Of a stretch of 64,000 nt of DNA, positions 30,020 to 38,944 are shown one piece after another; the stretch's first letter is position 1; each line of letters begins with the position of its first letter. The translations under genes and the position numbers were made by a program. The notes under the pieces are model-generated. The model saw only the letters and a program-made list of their open reading frames with translations. It was not told the DNA's origin and did not search any database. This stretch comes from an uncultured Pelagibacteraceae bacterium (lineage in GTDB: Bacteria; Pseudomonadota; Alphaproteobacteria; Pelagibacterales; Pelagibacteraceae): positions 34,313-98,312 of the forward strand of contig CABZAZ010000002.1 in assembly GCA_902523895.1 (NCBI GenBank). Reading direction: 5' to 3'.

Positions 30020-30150
30020 GAAATTTTGTTAGTTAAAATTGTTGATACTTTAATTTCTTCAATTGAGGATTTATATTCAGGATCACCTTTCTTCCCACAA
30101 GAAACTAAAATACAGCAAACTAAAATAACAAATGTAATTTTTTTAATCAT
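30016..30150 (-). CDS. Small outer-membrane lipoprotein, LptM/YifL/LppL-like (44 aa, missed by ORF track)
   Basis: MIKKITFVILVCCILVSCGKKGDPEYKSSIEEIKVSTILTNKIS; lipobox LVS-C followed by GKKG; ATGA overlaps at both ends, between argH and lysA. Confidence 0.85.
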   Translation of the reverse strand: MIKKITFVILVCCILVSCGKKGDPEYKSSIEEIKVSTILTNKIS

Positions 30151-31538
30151 TTTGACTTTTTATATTTCCTTATCATTTTTTTGATATTATCAAAAGATGT
30201 TCCACCATAAGATTTTTTAGAATTAACAGAATTCTTTAAATCAAACACTTTTAATACATCATTTGTTAATGTCGGTTCTATCTTTTTTAAGTCTTGTAAG
30301 GACAATTCGTTCAGTTTTTTCTTTTTTTTTTCAGCTAAATTCACTAGCAAAGCTGTTTTTTGATAAGCCTCTCTGAAAGAAATTGAATTATTTTTTACAA
30401 GATAATCGGCTAGATCTGTTGCAGTGATGTATCCTGAATATGCTAGTTCTAGCATCCTTTTTTTATTAGGACTTACATTTTTAAGAATCTCATTAAATAT
30501 TTTTAAACTTTCAAAAAGTACATCAAAGGACCTAAAAATAATTTCTTTATCATCTTGAAGATCTTTGAAGTACGAAAGAGGCAATCCTTTTAGTATAGTA
30601 AACATAGAAAATAAATTGCCAAAAGTAGTTCCTGATTTACCTCTTAGGTACTCTAAGAGGTCAGGATTTTTTTTTTGTGGCATTATTGAGGAGCCAGTTA
30701 CTATTTTATCTGAAAGATTTATTAAATTGAAACCGTCAGAATTCCAAATAATTAATTCCTCAGCAATTCTTGACAAATGCAATGAACAAACAGAGGAGCT
30801 GTAAAGAAAATCTAAAACAAAATCTCGATCTGCTACAGTATCGATTGAATTATTTGTTGGCCTTTCAAAACCAAGTTTTTTTGTCGTATAATTTCTGTCA
30901 ATATTAAATGAAGTTCCAGTTAATGCAGCAACACCTAATGGGTTTTCATTTAAACTGTCTAGATTACTCTTAAATCTGTCTTTGTCTCTTTTAAACATCT
31001 CTACGTATGCCATTAGATAATGTGCAAATGAAACTGCTTGTGCATTTTTTAAATGAGTAAAACCCGGCATAATAGTATCTACATTTTTTTCAGCTAACTT
31101 AATTGAGTTGTTTATTACGTTATTTAACATTACACTTATTTTATGATTTGCAGATTTAATCCAGATTTTAAAGTCAGTAATTACTTGGTCATTTCTAGAT
31201 CTGGCTGTGTGAACATAACCAGCTTCTTCACCGATTATCTCAAATAGTCGTTTTTCAATATTTATATGAATGTCCTCATATTTTTTACTAAATTCAAATT
31301 TTTTATTAGATATTTCTTTTTCAATTTTATTTAGTCCATAAATTATTTTATTTTTTGTTCTAAAAGAAATAATTTTTTGTTTAAACAACATTTCTACATG
31401 GACAATAGAACCATTTATGTCTTCTTTATAAAGTCTTTTATCTATATCAATAGAGCTACCTATTTTTTGTGAGAGATTAGACGAATTATTTCTAATTCTT
31501 GTATTCCATATTGTCTGGTTGTTTTTATTTTTTACCAT
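30147..31538 (-). CDS. argH: Argininosuccinate lyase
   Basis: HTARSRNDQ, PGFTHL, GSSIMPQKKNPD. Confidence 0.97.
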   Translation of the reverse strand: MVKNKNNQTIWNTRIRNNSSNLSQKIGSSIDIDKRLYKEDINGSIVHVEMLFKQKIISFRTKNKIIYGLNKIEKEISNKKFEFSKKYEDIHINIEKRLFEIIGEEAGYVHTARSRNDQVITDFKIWIKSANHKISVMLNNVINNSIKLAEKNVDTIMPGFTHLKNAQAVSFAHYLMAYVEMFKRDKDRFKSNLDSLNENPLGVAALTGTSFNIDRNYTTKKLGFERPTNNSIDTVADRDFVLDFLYSSSVCSLHLSRIAEELIIWNSDGFNLINLSDKIVTGSSIMPQKKNPDLLEYLRGKSGTTFGNLFSMFTILKGLPLSYFKDLQDDKEIIFRSFDVLFESLKIFNEILKNVSPNKKRMLELAYSGYITATDLADYLVKNNSISFREAYQKTALLVNLAEKKKKKLNELSLQDLKKIEPTLTNDVLKVFDLKNSVNSKKSYGGTSFDNIKKMIRKYKKSK

Positions 31539-31562
31539 GATAATTAATTATACCTTTTTAAA

Positions 31563-32072
31563 ATGAGATTATTAATAATATTTATTTTAATGCTATCAAA
31601 TTCTTTTGCTAGTGATGCTACTGAAATAAAAAATTTAGTCATAAATAAAGAGTTAAAAAATTACAGTGATATAACGTTTTTAGACATCAAAAATAAAGAA
31701 TTAAACTTAAATGATTATAAGGGAAATCTAGTTTTATTGAATTTTTGGGCAACTTGGTGTGCTCCATGCAAAGATGAAATGCCATCTTTGGATTTATTAA
31801 CTAAAAATTCTAATTTGAATAATCTTAAGGTATTTCCTATAAACATTGGTAAGGATACTTATCAAAAATCTTTAACTTTTTTTGAAGATTTGAAAATAAA
31901 AAATTTAGAAATATATTTTGACTCCCCTAATACATTGGCCAAGAAATTCAAATTGAGAGGTCTTCCTACAACTATTTTTTTTAATAAAGAAGGACAAGAG
32001 TTTGCAAGAATAATTGGATCAATCGACTTTATTGATGAAAAATTTATTAATTGGTTAAGTGATTATAATTAA
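31563..32072 (+). CDS. TlpA-family thiol-disulfide oxidoreductase
   Basis: LLNFWATWCAPCKDEMPSL, GLPTT; N-terminal signal/anchor. Confidence 0.92.
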   Translation: MRLLIIFILMLSNSFASDATEIKNLVINKELKNYSDITFLDIKNKELNLNDYKGNLVLLNFWATWCAPCKDEMPSLDLLTKNSNLNNLKVFPINIGKDTYQKSLTFFEDLKIKNLEIYFDSPNTLAKKFKLRGLPTTIFFNKEGQEFARIIGSIDFIDEKFINWLSDYN

Positions 32073-32272
32073 TTTTTAAAAAAATATGCAAAAGCTACTA
32101 AGGCTATAATTGCTATAAATTGTAGCAAGACTCTTAATTGCATTAATTTATTAGAGTATTTTTTACTTGTTTCTCCACCTTTAAATAAAGTTCCAATACC
32201 AAGAATTAAAACCAAACCAACTGCCACAAGCAAAATTATAGATAAAATTTTTACTAATATTCCAGAAATCAT
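32069..32272 (-). CDS. Twin-transmembrane small protein (HIG1-like)
   Basis: Two TM helices, SNKLMQLRVLLQ motif. Confidence 0.85.
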   Translation of the reverse strand: MISGILVKILSIILLVAVGLVLILGIGTLFKGGETSKKYSNKLMQLRVLLQFIAIIALVAFAYFFKN

Positions 32273-32326
32273 AAAATTATAGTAGGCTGTTTTATAGATA
32301 AAAAAACATAAATCAATTACTATGCT

Positions 32327-32980
32327 ATGACATTTTGCCTTGATACAACCATTATAAAACCAGAAAAAGATGTGAAAATTGAAAACGCAGTTATTTTACT
32401 TCATGGGTATGGAGGTGATGGCAAAGATATAAGTATGCTTTCTTTAAACTGGAAAAGGCACCTTGCAAATACAATTTTTCTCTGTCCAAATGGTCACGAA
32501 CCTTGTCCAATAAATCCATCTGGATATCAATGGTTTGATCTTACAAAAGATGATCCAAAGTATATCTTAGAGGAGTCAATTAAGGCTGAAAAAAAACTCA
32601 ATCAATTCATAAATGAAATAAAGATTAAATATAATTTGGAAAATAATAACATTTGTTTGTCTGGTTTTAGCCAAGGATGTATGATGTCAATTAACCTAGG
32701 ACTTACATCTAAGAGCAAGTTTAGTTGTGTAGTAGGTTTTTCTGGTAAGATTATAGATCAAGAAAACCTAATGCAAAGAAAAAAAACGCCAACAAGTATC
32801 TTACTAATTCATGGTGATTCTGATCAAGTTGTCTCACCTAACCATATGTTAGAGGCAAAAGATTTTTTTATTAGATCAAATATTGAAATAGAGACCCATT
32901 TAATTAAAAATTGTGATCATCATATTCCAATAGAGGCCTCTAGTATAGCATTAAATTATATTTTAAAAAAATTTAAATGA
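32327..32980 (+). CDS. Phospholipase/carboxylesterase (alpha/beta hydrolase)
   Basis: LLHGYG, GFSQG, HGDSDQVV, HHI. Confidence 0.9.
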   Translation: MTFCLDTTIIKPEKDVKIENAVILLHGYGGDGKDISMLSLNWKRHLANTIFLCPNGHEPCPINPSGYQWFDLTKDDPKYILEESIKAEKKLNQFINEIKIKYNLENNNICLSGFSQGCMMSINLGLTSKSKFSCVVGFSGKIIDQENLMQRKKTPTSILLIHGDSDQVVSPNHMLEAKDFFIRSNIEIETHLIKNCDHHIPIEASSIALNYILKKFK

Positions 32981-33025
32981 ATGCTAAATATTGAATTCAT
33001 TTTTTATTTAAGTTAAAATTAAATT

Positions 33026-33595
33026 GTGAATAATTTTATTGAACAAGATGTGTCATTAGAAAAATGCCCTGCGTTGGTTTTAAACGCAGATTATAGACCT
33101 TTAAGCTATTACCCTTTATCATTATGGTCTTGGCAAGATACAGTAAAGTCAGTTTTTTTAGATAGAGTAATTATAGTTAGTAGTTATGATAGAATTGTTA
33201 GAAGTCCATCCTTTAAAATGCAGCTTCCAAGCGTTATTGCTCTCAAAGATTATATAGTACCACAATCTCAACCAAGTTTTACAAGATTTAATGTCTTTTT
33301 AAGGGATAAATTTTCTTGTCAATACTGCGGAAGTGGGCAGGAATTAACTTTTGACCATCTTTTACCAAGATCTAAAGGTGGAGAAACACACTGGGATAAT
33401 GTTGTTACAGCATGTTCTGCATGTAATGTTAAAAAAGGTGGAAAATTATTAAAATCTTCAGGAATGAAACTCAATCAGTATCCATATCAACCATCAACAG
33501 AGGACTTACATAGAAATGGTAAGAATTTTCCCCCAAATTATTTACATAAAAGTTGGATGGACTATTTATATTGGGATGTTGAGCTTGAGGCTTAA
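33026..33595 (+). CDS. HNH endonuclease family protein
   Basis: LVLNADYRPL, RDKFSCQYCG, LTFDHLLPRSKGG..WDNVVTACSACNVKK. Confidence 0.92.
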   Translation: MNNFIEQDVSLEKCPALVLNADYRPLSYYPLSLWSWQDTVKSVFLDRVIIVSSYDRIVRSPSFKMQLPSVIALKDYIVPQSQPSFTRFNVFLRDKFSCQYCGSGQELTFDHLLPRSKGGETHWDNVVTACSACNVKKGGKLLKSSGMKLNQYPYQPSTEDLHRNGKNFPPNYLHKSWMDYLYWDVELEA

Positions 33596-33597
33596 AT

Positions 33598-34128
33598 TTA
33601 AATTTTTTCAGAAATATTTATTGCTAATTTAGATCCGGTTTTAATAATTCTATCCATTATAGAGTAAAAACCTTTTTTTGTTGCACCCTCCTCATAAGCA
33701 ATGTCCTTATGATCTAATTCATCTTGTCTAAATTTTGTAATTTTCTTCTTTAATTCTTCTTCTTCAGGACCTAGCTGATTAATTTGATCTAAATAATGTT
33801 TATCTATAACTTCTTCAACAGATGCGGTACACAGCATTGCAGCTTTTTTACCTAATAAAGTAGACCCAAATCCTAATCCAACTCCTAATAAATCCCATAA
33901 AGGTAAAAATTTTGTTGGTTCAATGTTTCTTTTTTTTATTTCGTTCTCAAAAAATTGACAATGTTCAATCTCATGCTCTTTCATATCCTCAATTTTTTTT
34001 TTCAATTCATCATTTTTAACAATAGTATTTAAAGCTAATAATTGACCCTCATATATTTTCACAGCACCTCTCTCACCAGCATGGTCAACCCTAATAAACT
34101 CCTGTACTCTTTTATTTGTTTTTTTCAT
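33598..34128 (-). CDS. coq7: Demethoxyubiquinone hydroxylase Coq7 (di-iron)
   Basis: IRVDHAGERGAVKIYEGQ, ExxH motifs, VEEVIDKHY, DELDH. Confidence 0.93.
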   Translation of the reverse strand: MKKTNKRVQEFIRVDHAGERGAVKIYEGQLLALNTIVKNDELKKKIEDMKEHEIEHCQFFENEIKKRNIEPTKFLPLWDLLGVGLGFGSTLLGKKAAMLCTASVEEVIDKHYLDQINQLGPEEEELKKKITKFRQDELDHKDIAYEEGATKKGFYSIMDRIIKTGSKLAINISEKI

Positions 34129-34597
34129 ATTTATTAAAGATTTTTAAAAGTGTTATAATAAACAATAAACTAATGACAATATTAATACTTGTGAGTGATA
34201 ATCCAAAAATCCTAAATGTCACATCTCTGCAGCTTATTGTTTTCTCACTTAATTGTTTAAGCAAATCTTCTTTGGTGAAACTTTCAGTTAAACCTTTTAC
34301 TCCACAAACAGATGACTCCTGAAAAAACCCCTGTTCAATTCCAAAATGGTAGAATGAAATTGCAAAAGAGAAGGTAAAAGTAAGAATTAGTAGTAAAACA
34401 AAGAATTTTTGATTTTTTTTAATTAAAAAGATCGACATTATTATCATGATACTTAATCCATAAGGAATTCTCTCTATTAAACATAAATTACAAGGCTGAT
34501 GTCCAAGGGCATATTCGATAAAAAAAGCAGAAACTAAAGCAATAAAGCTAAATAAAAAAATTATCTTTAAATAAAATTCAGCTTTTAAATTAAACAT
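34112..34597 (-). CDS. dsbB: Disulfide bond formation protein B
   Basis: PCNLCLIER, second Cys pair, four TM helices. Confidence 0.88.
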   Translation of the reverse strand: MFNLKAEFYLKIIFLFSFIALVSAFFIEYALGHQPCNLCLIERIPYGLSIMIIMSIFLIKKNQKFFVLLLILTFTFSFAISFYHFGIEQGFFQESSVCGVKGLTESFTKEDLLKQLSEKTISCRDVTFRIFGLSLTSINIVISLLFIITLLKIFNKYEKNK

Positions 34598-35195
34598 TAG
34601 ATTTAAAAATTAGATAAACTACTAATCCAACAATAACAATTAATATTCCAATTATCGTAAACCATTTTGACCCATGTTTATCCATAAATTCACTAAATAG
34701 ATCTCCAAACTTATAAGAGAGATATGACACTAAAAAAAATCTTAATCCTCTAGAAATTAAGCTTATTAAAACAAAAATTAAAAAGTTAAAACCTATGAGA
34801 CCACTCGCAATCGTAAAAACTTTATAAGGAAGAGGTGTAAAACCTGCTAAAAAAAGTATTCCTAGCCAAGCATAAAAACCGTCATTTCTAATTAGGCTTT
34901 CTTTTATATTATTTAGTTTATTCTCATAACCATAAAAATTCATGATTTGAGCTCCAAACTCAAAAAAGAATGCTCCAATTATATAACCGAGCATGCCACC
35001 TAAAACTGAAAATATTGTTGTTATTAGAAAAATTTTTTTAAAATCAGTTTTTTTGGAGATTACCATTGGAATAACCATAACGTCAGGAGGAATAGGAAAA
35101 AATGAACTTTCAACAAATGACACAATCGCCAAATAGTATTTAGAACTTTTGTGACCTGCCAAATCTAAACATTTTTTGTAAAGATTTTTAAACAT
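34590..35195 (-). CDS. YqaA/DedA-family membrane protein
   Basis: SFVESSFFPIPPD, AGFTPLPYKVFTIASG, SRGLRFF. Confidence 0.9.
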   Translation of the reverse strand: MFKNLYKKCLDLAGHKSSKYYLAIVSFVESSFFPIPPDVMVIPMVISKKTDFKKIFLITTIFSVLGGMLGYIIGAFFFEFGAQIMNFYGYENKLNNIKESLIRNDGFYAWLGILFLAGFTPLPYKVFTIASGLIGFNFLIFVLISLISRGLRFFLVSYLSYKFGDLFSEFMDKHGSKWFTIIGILIVIVGLVVYLIFKSNV

Positions 35196-35253
35196 TTTTT
35201 GGTTTTAATATAATTTTAGTTCTTATACTATTTAATATATTATTTAACAATCC

Positions 35254-35338
35254 GGGCGAATGGCGGAACTGGTAGACGCGCACGACTCAAAATCGTGTTT
35301 CGCAAGAAGTGAGAGTTCGATTCTCTCTTCGCCCACCA
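35254..35338 (+). tRNA. tRNA-Leu(CAA)
   Basis: GGGCGAA/TTCGCCC acceptor stem, anticodon arm CACGA-CT-CAA-AA-TCGTG, long variable arm, GTTCGA T-loop, encoded CCA. Confidence 0.97.
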
Positions 35339-35342
35339 AATT

Positions 35343-37043
35343 ATGCAATTAAATAGAATAAATAGTTTAGTAGAACTTTTTTTTACAAAGTATAAAGAAA
35401 TAAACTCAGTTGCTGATAAGCCATTTTTAAAATGGTTGAAAGAAAACAAAAAAGATTTTTTGACTTGGGAGCAAGTTTCAACAAAAATTCAAATTTTATC
35501 TGAATATTTAAAAGCAAATTTATCGGATGGAGACCGATGTATCCTATTATCTGAAAATCGACCTGAGTGGCTTATCTCTGACATATCAATTATGAACGCA
35601 GGTGGGGTTACGGTGCCTTTATTTACAACTTATTCAGAGAAAGATTATGAATACATCATTAATGACTGTAAGCCAAAAATTTGTATCGTCTCCAATGAAA
35701 CCCAATTAAACAAAATAAAAAAATTTATCTCGGATGAAATAAAAGTTTTATCTATTGAAAACATAAATAGAAAAGTCGAGAATATAGAAAATATTTTCGA
35801 TGAATATTCTAAAAAAAAGAAATCAAGTACTGATTTAATTTTTAATCAAAACCTTGAAAGGAAAGATCTTGCTTGTATAATTTATACATCTGGAACAACT
35901 GGTAATCCTAAAGGAGTAATGCTCAGTCATGGAGGAATTCTATCAAATTGTGAGGGAGCTCAAGAAATATTAAATCAATTAGTTCAAAATAGTGAACCTA
36001 CTTTTTTAACATGGTTGCCTTTGTCTCATTCATATGAGCATGCAGTTCAATTTGTTCAAATCTCGTTTGGTGCAAAAATTTATTATGCTGAAAGTCTAGA
36101 GAAGTTATTATCCAACATGTCTATTGCAAAACCCACTATTATGACAGCAGTGCCAAGATTTTATCAAAATTTGTACAGTAAAATTTCAATGAATTTTTCA
36201 AAGCAAAAAGGTTTTAAGAAAAAACTGATATCTTCCACTATCTCAATTGGAACTAAAAAACTGAATGGTGGGAATTTAACGTTGAAAGAAAAATTAATTA
36301 ATTTTTTTTGTGAAAAACTGGTGAGAAAAAAGATTAAAAATCAATTTGGTGGAGAACTAAAGGCCTTTGTATCTGGGGGTGGCGCTTTGGACCAAAAAAT
36401 TGGAGAATTTTTAAATGCTATAGGATTGCCCACCCTCCAAGGCTACGGTCTTACCGAAGCCTCACCTGTGGTAAGTTGTAATATTCCAGGAAAAATCAAA
36501 ATCGAGACAGTTGGACCTCCTTTTAAAACAAATCAGGTAGATATAGCTGAGGATGGTGAAATTTTAGTCAAAGGTGAGAATGTAATGCTTGGTTATTGGA
36601 ACATGGAAAAAGAGACAGCCGATGTCATAAAGAATGGTTGGTTGCATACTGGTGATATTGGAGAGATTACACAAGATGGAAATTTAAAAATTACTGATAG
36701 AAAGAAAGAAATAATAGTTAGTCTTGGAGGAGACAACATTTCACCATCTAAAATTGAGAATTTATTATGTTTAAATGAAAAAATTAAACAAAGTTTTGTT
36801 TATGGAGATAAAAAAACTTATTTAGTTGCATTAATTGTTTCTGAAAGTAAAGAAAATAGAAAAAATATTGAAATTTATTTAGAAAACTTAAATAAAACTT
36901 TATCTTTAGTTGAAAAAGTTAAAAAATTTAAATTAATTGAAGAAGAATTTACAATTGACAATGGAATGTTAACACCAACATTGAAATTAAAAAGAAAAAA
37001 AATCTTAGACAAATATAAAGATGATTTGGAAAAACTTTATTAA
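35343..37043 (+). CDS. fadD: Long-chain-fatty-acid--CoA ligase
   Basis: IYTSGTTGNPKGVML, QGYGLTE, GWLHTGDIG, TPTLKLKR. Confidence 0.88.
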   Translation: MQLNRINSLVELFFTKYKEINSVADKPFLKWLKENKKDFLTWEQVSTKIQILSEYLKANLSDGDRCILLSENRPEWLISDISIMNAGGVTVPLFTTYSEKDYEYIINDCKPKICIVSNETQLNKIKKFISDEIKVLSIENINRKVENIENIFDEYSKKKKSSTDLIFNQNLERKDLACIIYTSGTTGNPKGVMLSHGGILSNCEGAQEILNQLVQNSEPTFLTWLPLSHSYEHAVQFVQISFGAKIYYAESLEKLLSNMSIAKPTIMTAVPRFYQNLYSKISMNFSKQKGFKKKLISSTISIGTKKLNGGNLTLKEKLINFFCEKLVRKKIKNQFGGELKAFVSGGGALDQKIGEFLNAIGLPTLQGYGLTEASPVVSCNIPGKIKIETVGPPFKTNQVDIAEDGEILVKGENVMLGYWNMEKETADVIKNGWLHTGDIGEITQDGNLKITDRKKEIIVSLGGDNISPSKIENLLCLNEKIKQSFVYGDKKTYLVALIVSESKENRKNIEIYLENLNKTLSLVEKVKKFKLIEEEFTIDNGMLTPTLKLKRKKILDKYKDDLEKLY

Positions 37044-37160
37044 ATTAATAAATTATTTGATTATAAAGCGCATAAACATTAACTTTTTTACACTTTAGAT
37101 TGTAAAAAAATTTTTATTTTAAATTTTATTTTTTTTAAAATTAAAACTTTAATTAAAGAA

Positions 37161-37189
37161 TTGACATAACGTATATAAAAAAATAAAAA
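37161..37189 (+). promoter_or_regulatory. Candidate sigma70 promoter for the basic-peptide gene
   Basis: Consensus TTGACA at 37161-37166; TAAAAA(T) 17 bp downstream; AT-rich upstream region. Confidence 0.6.
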
Positions 37190-37191
37190 TA

Positions 37192-37224
37192 AGTTAATTA
37201 CGAATCATTTTGATTCGTTTAACT
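37192..37224 (+). promoter_or_regulatory. 5'-leader inverted repeat containing two GANTC sites
   Basis: AGTTAA-tt-ACGAATCA-ttt-TGATTCGT-TTAACT. Confidence 0.7.
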
Positions 37225-37241
37225 AAAAAAGGGAGCTAAAG

Positions 37242-37319
37242 ATGCCTAAGAGAAGAAAAAAAGCAAAGAAGGCTAAGAAAAAAGCTAAGAAAAAAGCTAA
37301 AAAAAGAAGAAGAAGATAA
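37242..37319 (+). CDS. Unannotated 25-aa protamine/histone-H1-like basic peptide
   Basis: MPKRRKKAKKAKKKAKKKAKKRRRR; SD GGGAG 6 nt upstream; own promoter and terminator. Confidence 0.85.
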   Translation: MPKRRKKAKKAKKKAKKKAKKRRRR

Positions 37320-37337
37320 TAACTTAGTATTCTTTAT

Positions 37338-37382
37338 AAAAAACGCTTCTCATAACTTTATGTGTGAGAGGCGTTTTTTTTT
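37338..37382 (+). terminator. Intrinsic terminator (probably bidirectional) between basic peptide and carD
   Basis: A6-CGCTTCTCATA-loop-TGTGAGAGGCG-T9; two G:U pairs form only in the + strand RNA. Confidence 0.85.
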
Positions 37383-38244
37383 AATCCTCAATAGTCTCCT
37401 CTACTTCAGAAATCGAGTCTTCAACAGGTAATTCAGAACTTGTAGAAGATTTAGTGACTTTAGTTTCAGGTTGTTCCTCTTTTATTAAATTTCTTTTGAG
37501 AGCTTTATCTAACTTTTTTTGTGTTTCTTCTCTTGACACATTCAATACAATTTGAAACTCAGATAAAATTCTATCATAAGCTTTTTCAAAAAGTTGTCTT
37601 TCACTATAAGATTGATCAATCATTAAATCGTCACCTTTATTTAAATCTCTTACGACTTCTGCAAGTTCATAAATTTTACCTGATGAAATTTTCGCTTCAT
37701 ATTCTTGAGCTCTTCTACTCCACATTGATCTTTTGATTTTTGGTTTACTTTTTAAAATTGAAATACTTTTATTTACTTGATTAATTGTTGATAGAGGACG
37801 TAAATGCAATTGTTTATTTACTGGAACCATTCCGTTAGCTTTATCTTTCTCAAATTTAATAATATATGTCTCTACATCAATCCCACCAATATTTATTTTC
37901 TTAAATTCTGTAATTTGACCTACCCCATGTTTAGGATAAACAACATAATCTTTTATCTTGTATTCTCTTTTTTCAGTATTTTGTTTTTTTACTTTTTTTA
38001 TTTCTGGTTTAACTTCATTATTTTTGGAGATTCGAAGATTCTCTGATTTGGTCTCAATTTTCTTCTCTGCTTTAGTAGTTATTTTTTTTGTTAATTTTTT
38101 TGAGGTTTTTACAGATTTTATTATTTTAACCTTTTTTGACTTTAATTTTTTATTTTGTTTTTTTATTTTTTTTGAATTTGATTTTGGTTTAACTTTTTTT
38201 TTAAAGGTTTTCTTTAAAATACTTTTCAAACTTATTTTGCTCAT
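37381..38244 (-). CDS. carD: CarD/CdnL RNA-polymerase-binding factor with Lys-rich N-terminal extension
   Basis: [13 protein letters not shown], conserved W (MWSRR), [28 protein letters not shown]; start uncertain (38244, 38259 or 38286). Confidence 0.9.
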   Translation of the reverse strand: MSKISLKSILKKTFKKKVKPKSNSKKIKKQNKKLKSKKVKIIKSVKTSKKLTKKITTKAEKKIETKSENLRISKNNEVKPEIKKVKKQNTEKREYKIKDYVVYPKHGVGQITEFKKINIGGIDVETYIIKFEKDKANGMVPVNKQLHLRPLSTINQVNKSISILKSKPKIKRSMWSRRAQEYEAKISSGKIYELAEVVRDLNKGDDLMIDQSYSERQLFEKAYDRILSEFQIVLNVSREETQKKLDKALKRNLIKEEQPETKVTKSSTSSELPVEDSISEVEETIED

Positions 38245-38527
38245 CTTTAAATTTTTCATGATCCGATGGGGGATCTTTTTTCTCATTTATATTAGGCCAG
38301 ATCTCAGAATATTGTTTATTGATATCAAGCCATTTTTCACTACCTGGTTCAGTATCTGCTTTTATTGCATCCACTGGACACTCAGGTTCACAAACGCCAC
38401 AATCTATACACTCATCAGGTTTAATTACAAGCATATTTTTTCCCTCGTAGAAACAATCTACCGGACACACTTCAACACAATCCATCAGCTTACATTTTAT
38501 GCATTTATCATTTACTATGTATGTCAT
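38201..38527 (-). CDS. fdxA: Ferredoxin FdxA (7Fe type)
   Basis: [46 protein letters not shown]. Confidence 0.96.
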   Translation of the reverse strand: MTYIVNDKCIKCKLMDCVEVCPVDCFYEGKNMLVIKPDECIDCGVCEPECPVDAIKADTEPGSEKWLDINKQYSEIWPNINEKKDPPSDHEKFKDEQNKFEKYFKENL

Positions 38528-38940
38528 TACAATATTTTTTTCTTTATTTTTTCTTTGATATCTCCCATTATCTTATTGTCAATATATAATAAGCCAGTTA
38601 ATCGTCTCATGAGATTTGTCTCATAAATATCAGCCTCATTATTTGAATAAATAATTTTCCAAAGCGTTTCAATTATTTTAATTTTATTTTGTTCCTTCAT
38701 ATTTTTAACTTCTTTAGTAAAATCTAGTATTTGATTTGAATCTTCTTCGATTTTCTTTCCTTCTATTAATATTCTCTCAATATTTTCAGGATTGGCACCT
38801 ATTTCTTTGAGTGCTTCCTTAATAATTTTTTTTTCAATTTCTGAATAATTTTCGTCTATTTTGGCAGCATGTATTAACAATGCTGCAACTTTTGTTAAAT
38901 CCTCGTGATCATCATTATTATTTTTATTATTAAAAAACAT
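38527..38940 (-). CDS. TerB-family protein
   Basis: [33 protein letters not shown]. Confidence 0.8.
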   Translation of the reverse strand: MFFNNKNNNDDHEDLTKVAALLIHAAKIDENYSEIEKKIIKEALKEIGANPENIERILIEGKKIEEDSNQILDFTKEVKNMKEQNKIKIIETLWKIIYSNNEADIYETNLMRRLTGLLYIDNKIMGDIKEKIKKKIL

Positions 38941-38944
38941 TAAT

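Noticed and set aside
33026-33595. HNH nuclease as a mobile element or defence system
   Set aside because: No flanking repeats, methylase, integrase or compositional shift; it resembles the conserved chromosomal alphaproteobacterial HNH family.
35240-35449. 69-aa minus-strand ORF
   Set aside because: Antisense to tRNA-Leu and the fadD start; typical tRNA shadow ORF.
37804-38626. Plus-strand ORFs of 80 and 222 aa, Phe-rich
   Set aside because: Antisense shadows of the Lys-rich carD and fdxA; poly-T codons explain the composition.
38527-38940. TerB gene as part of a tellurite-resistance operon
   Set aside because: A single TerB-like gene in a conserved core operon; no other ter genes are present.
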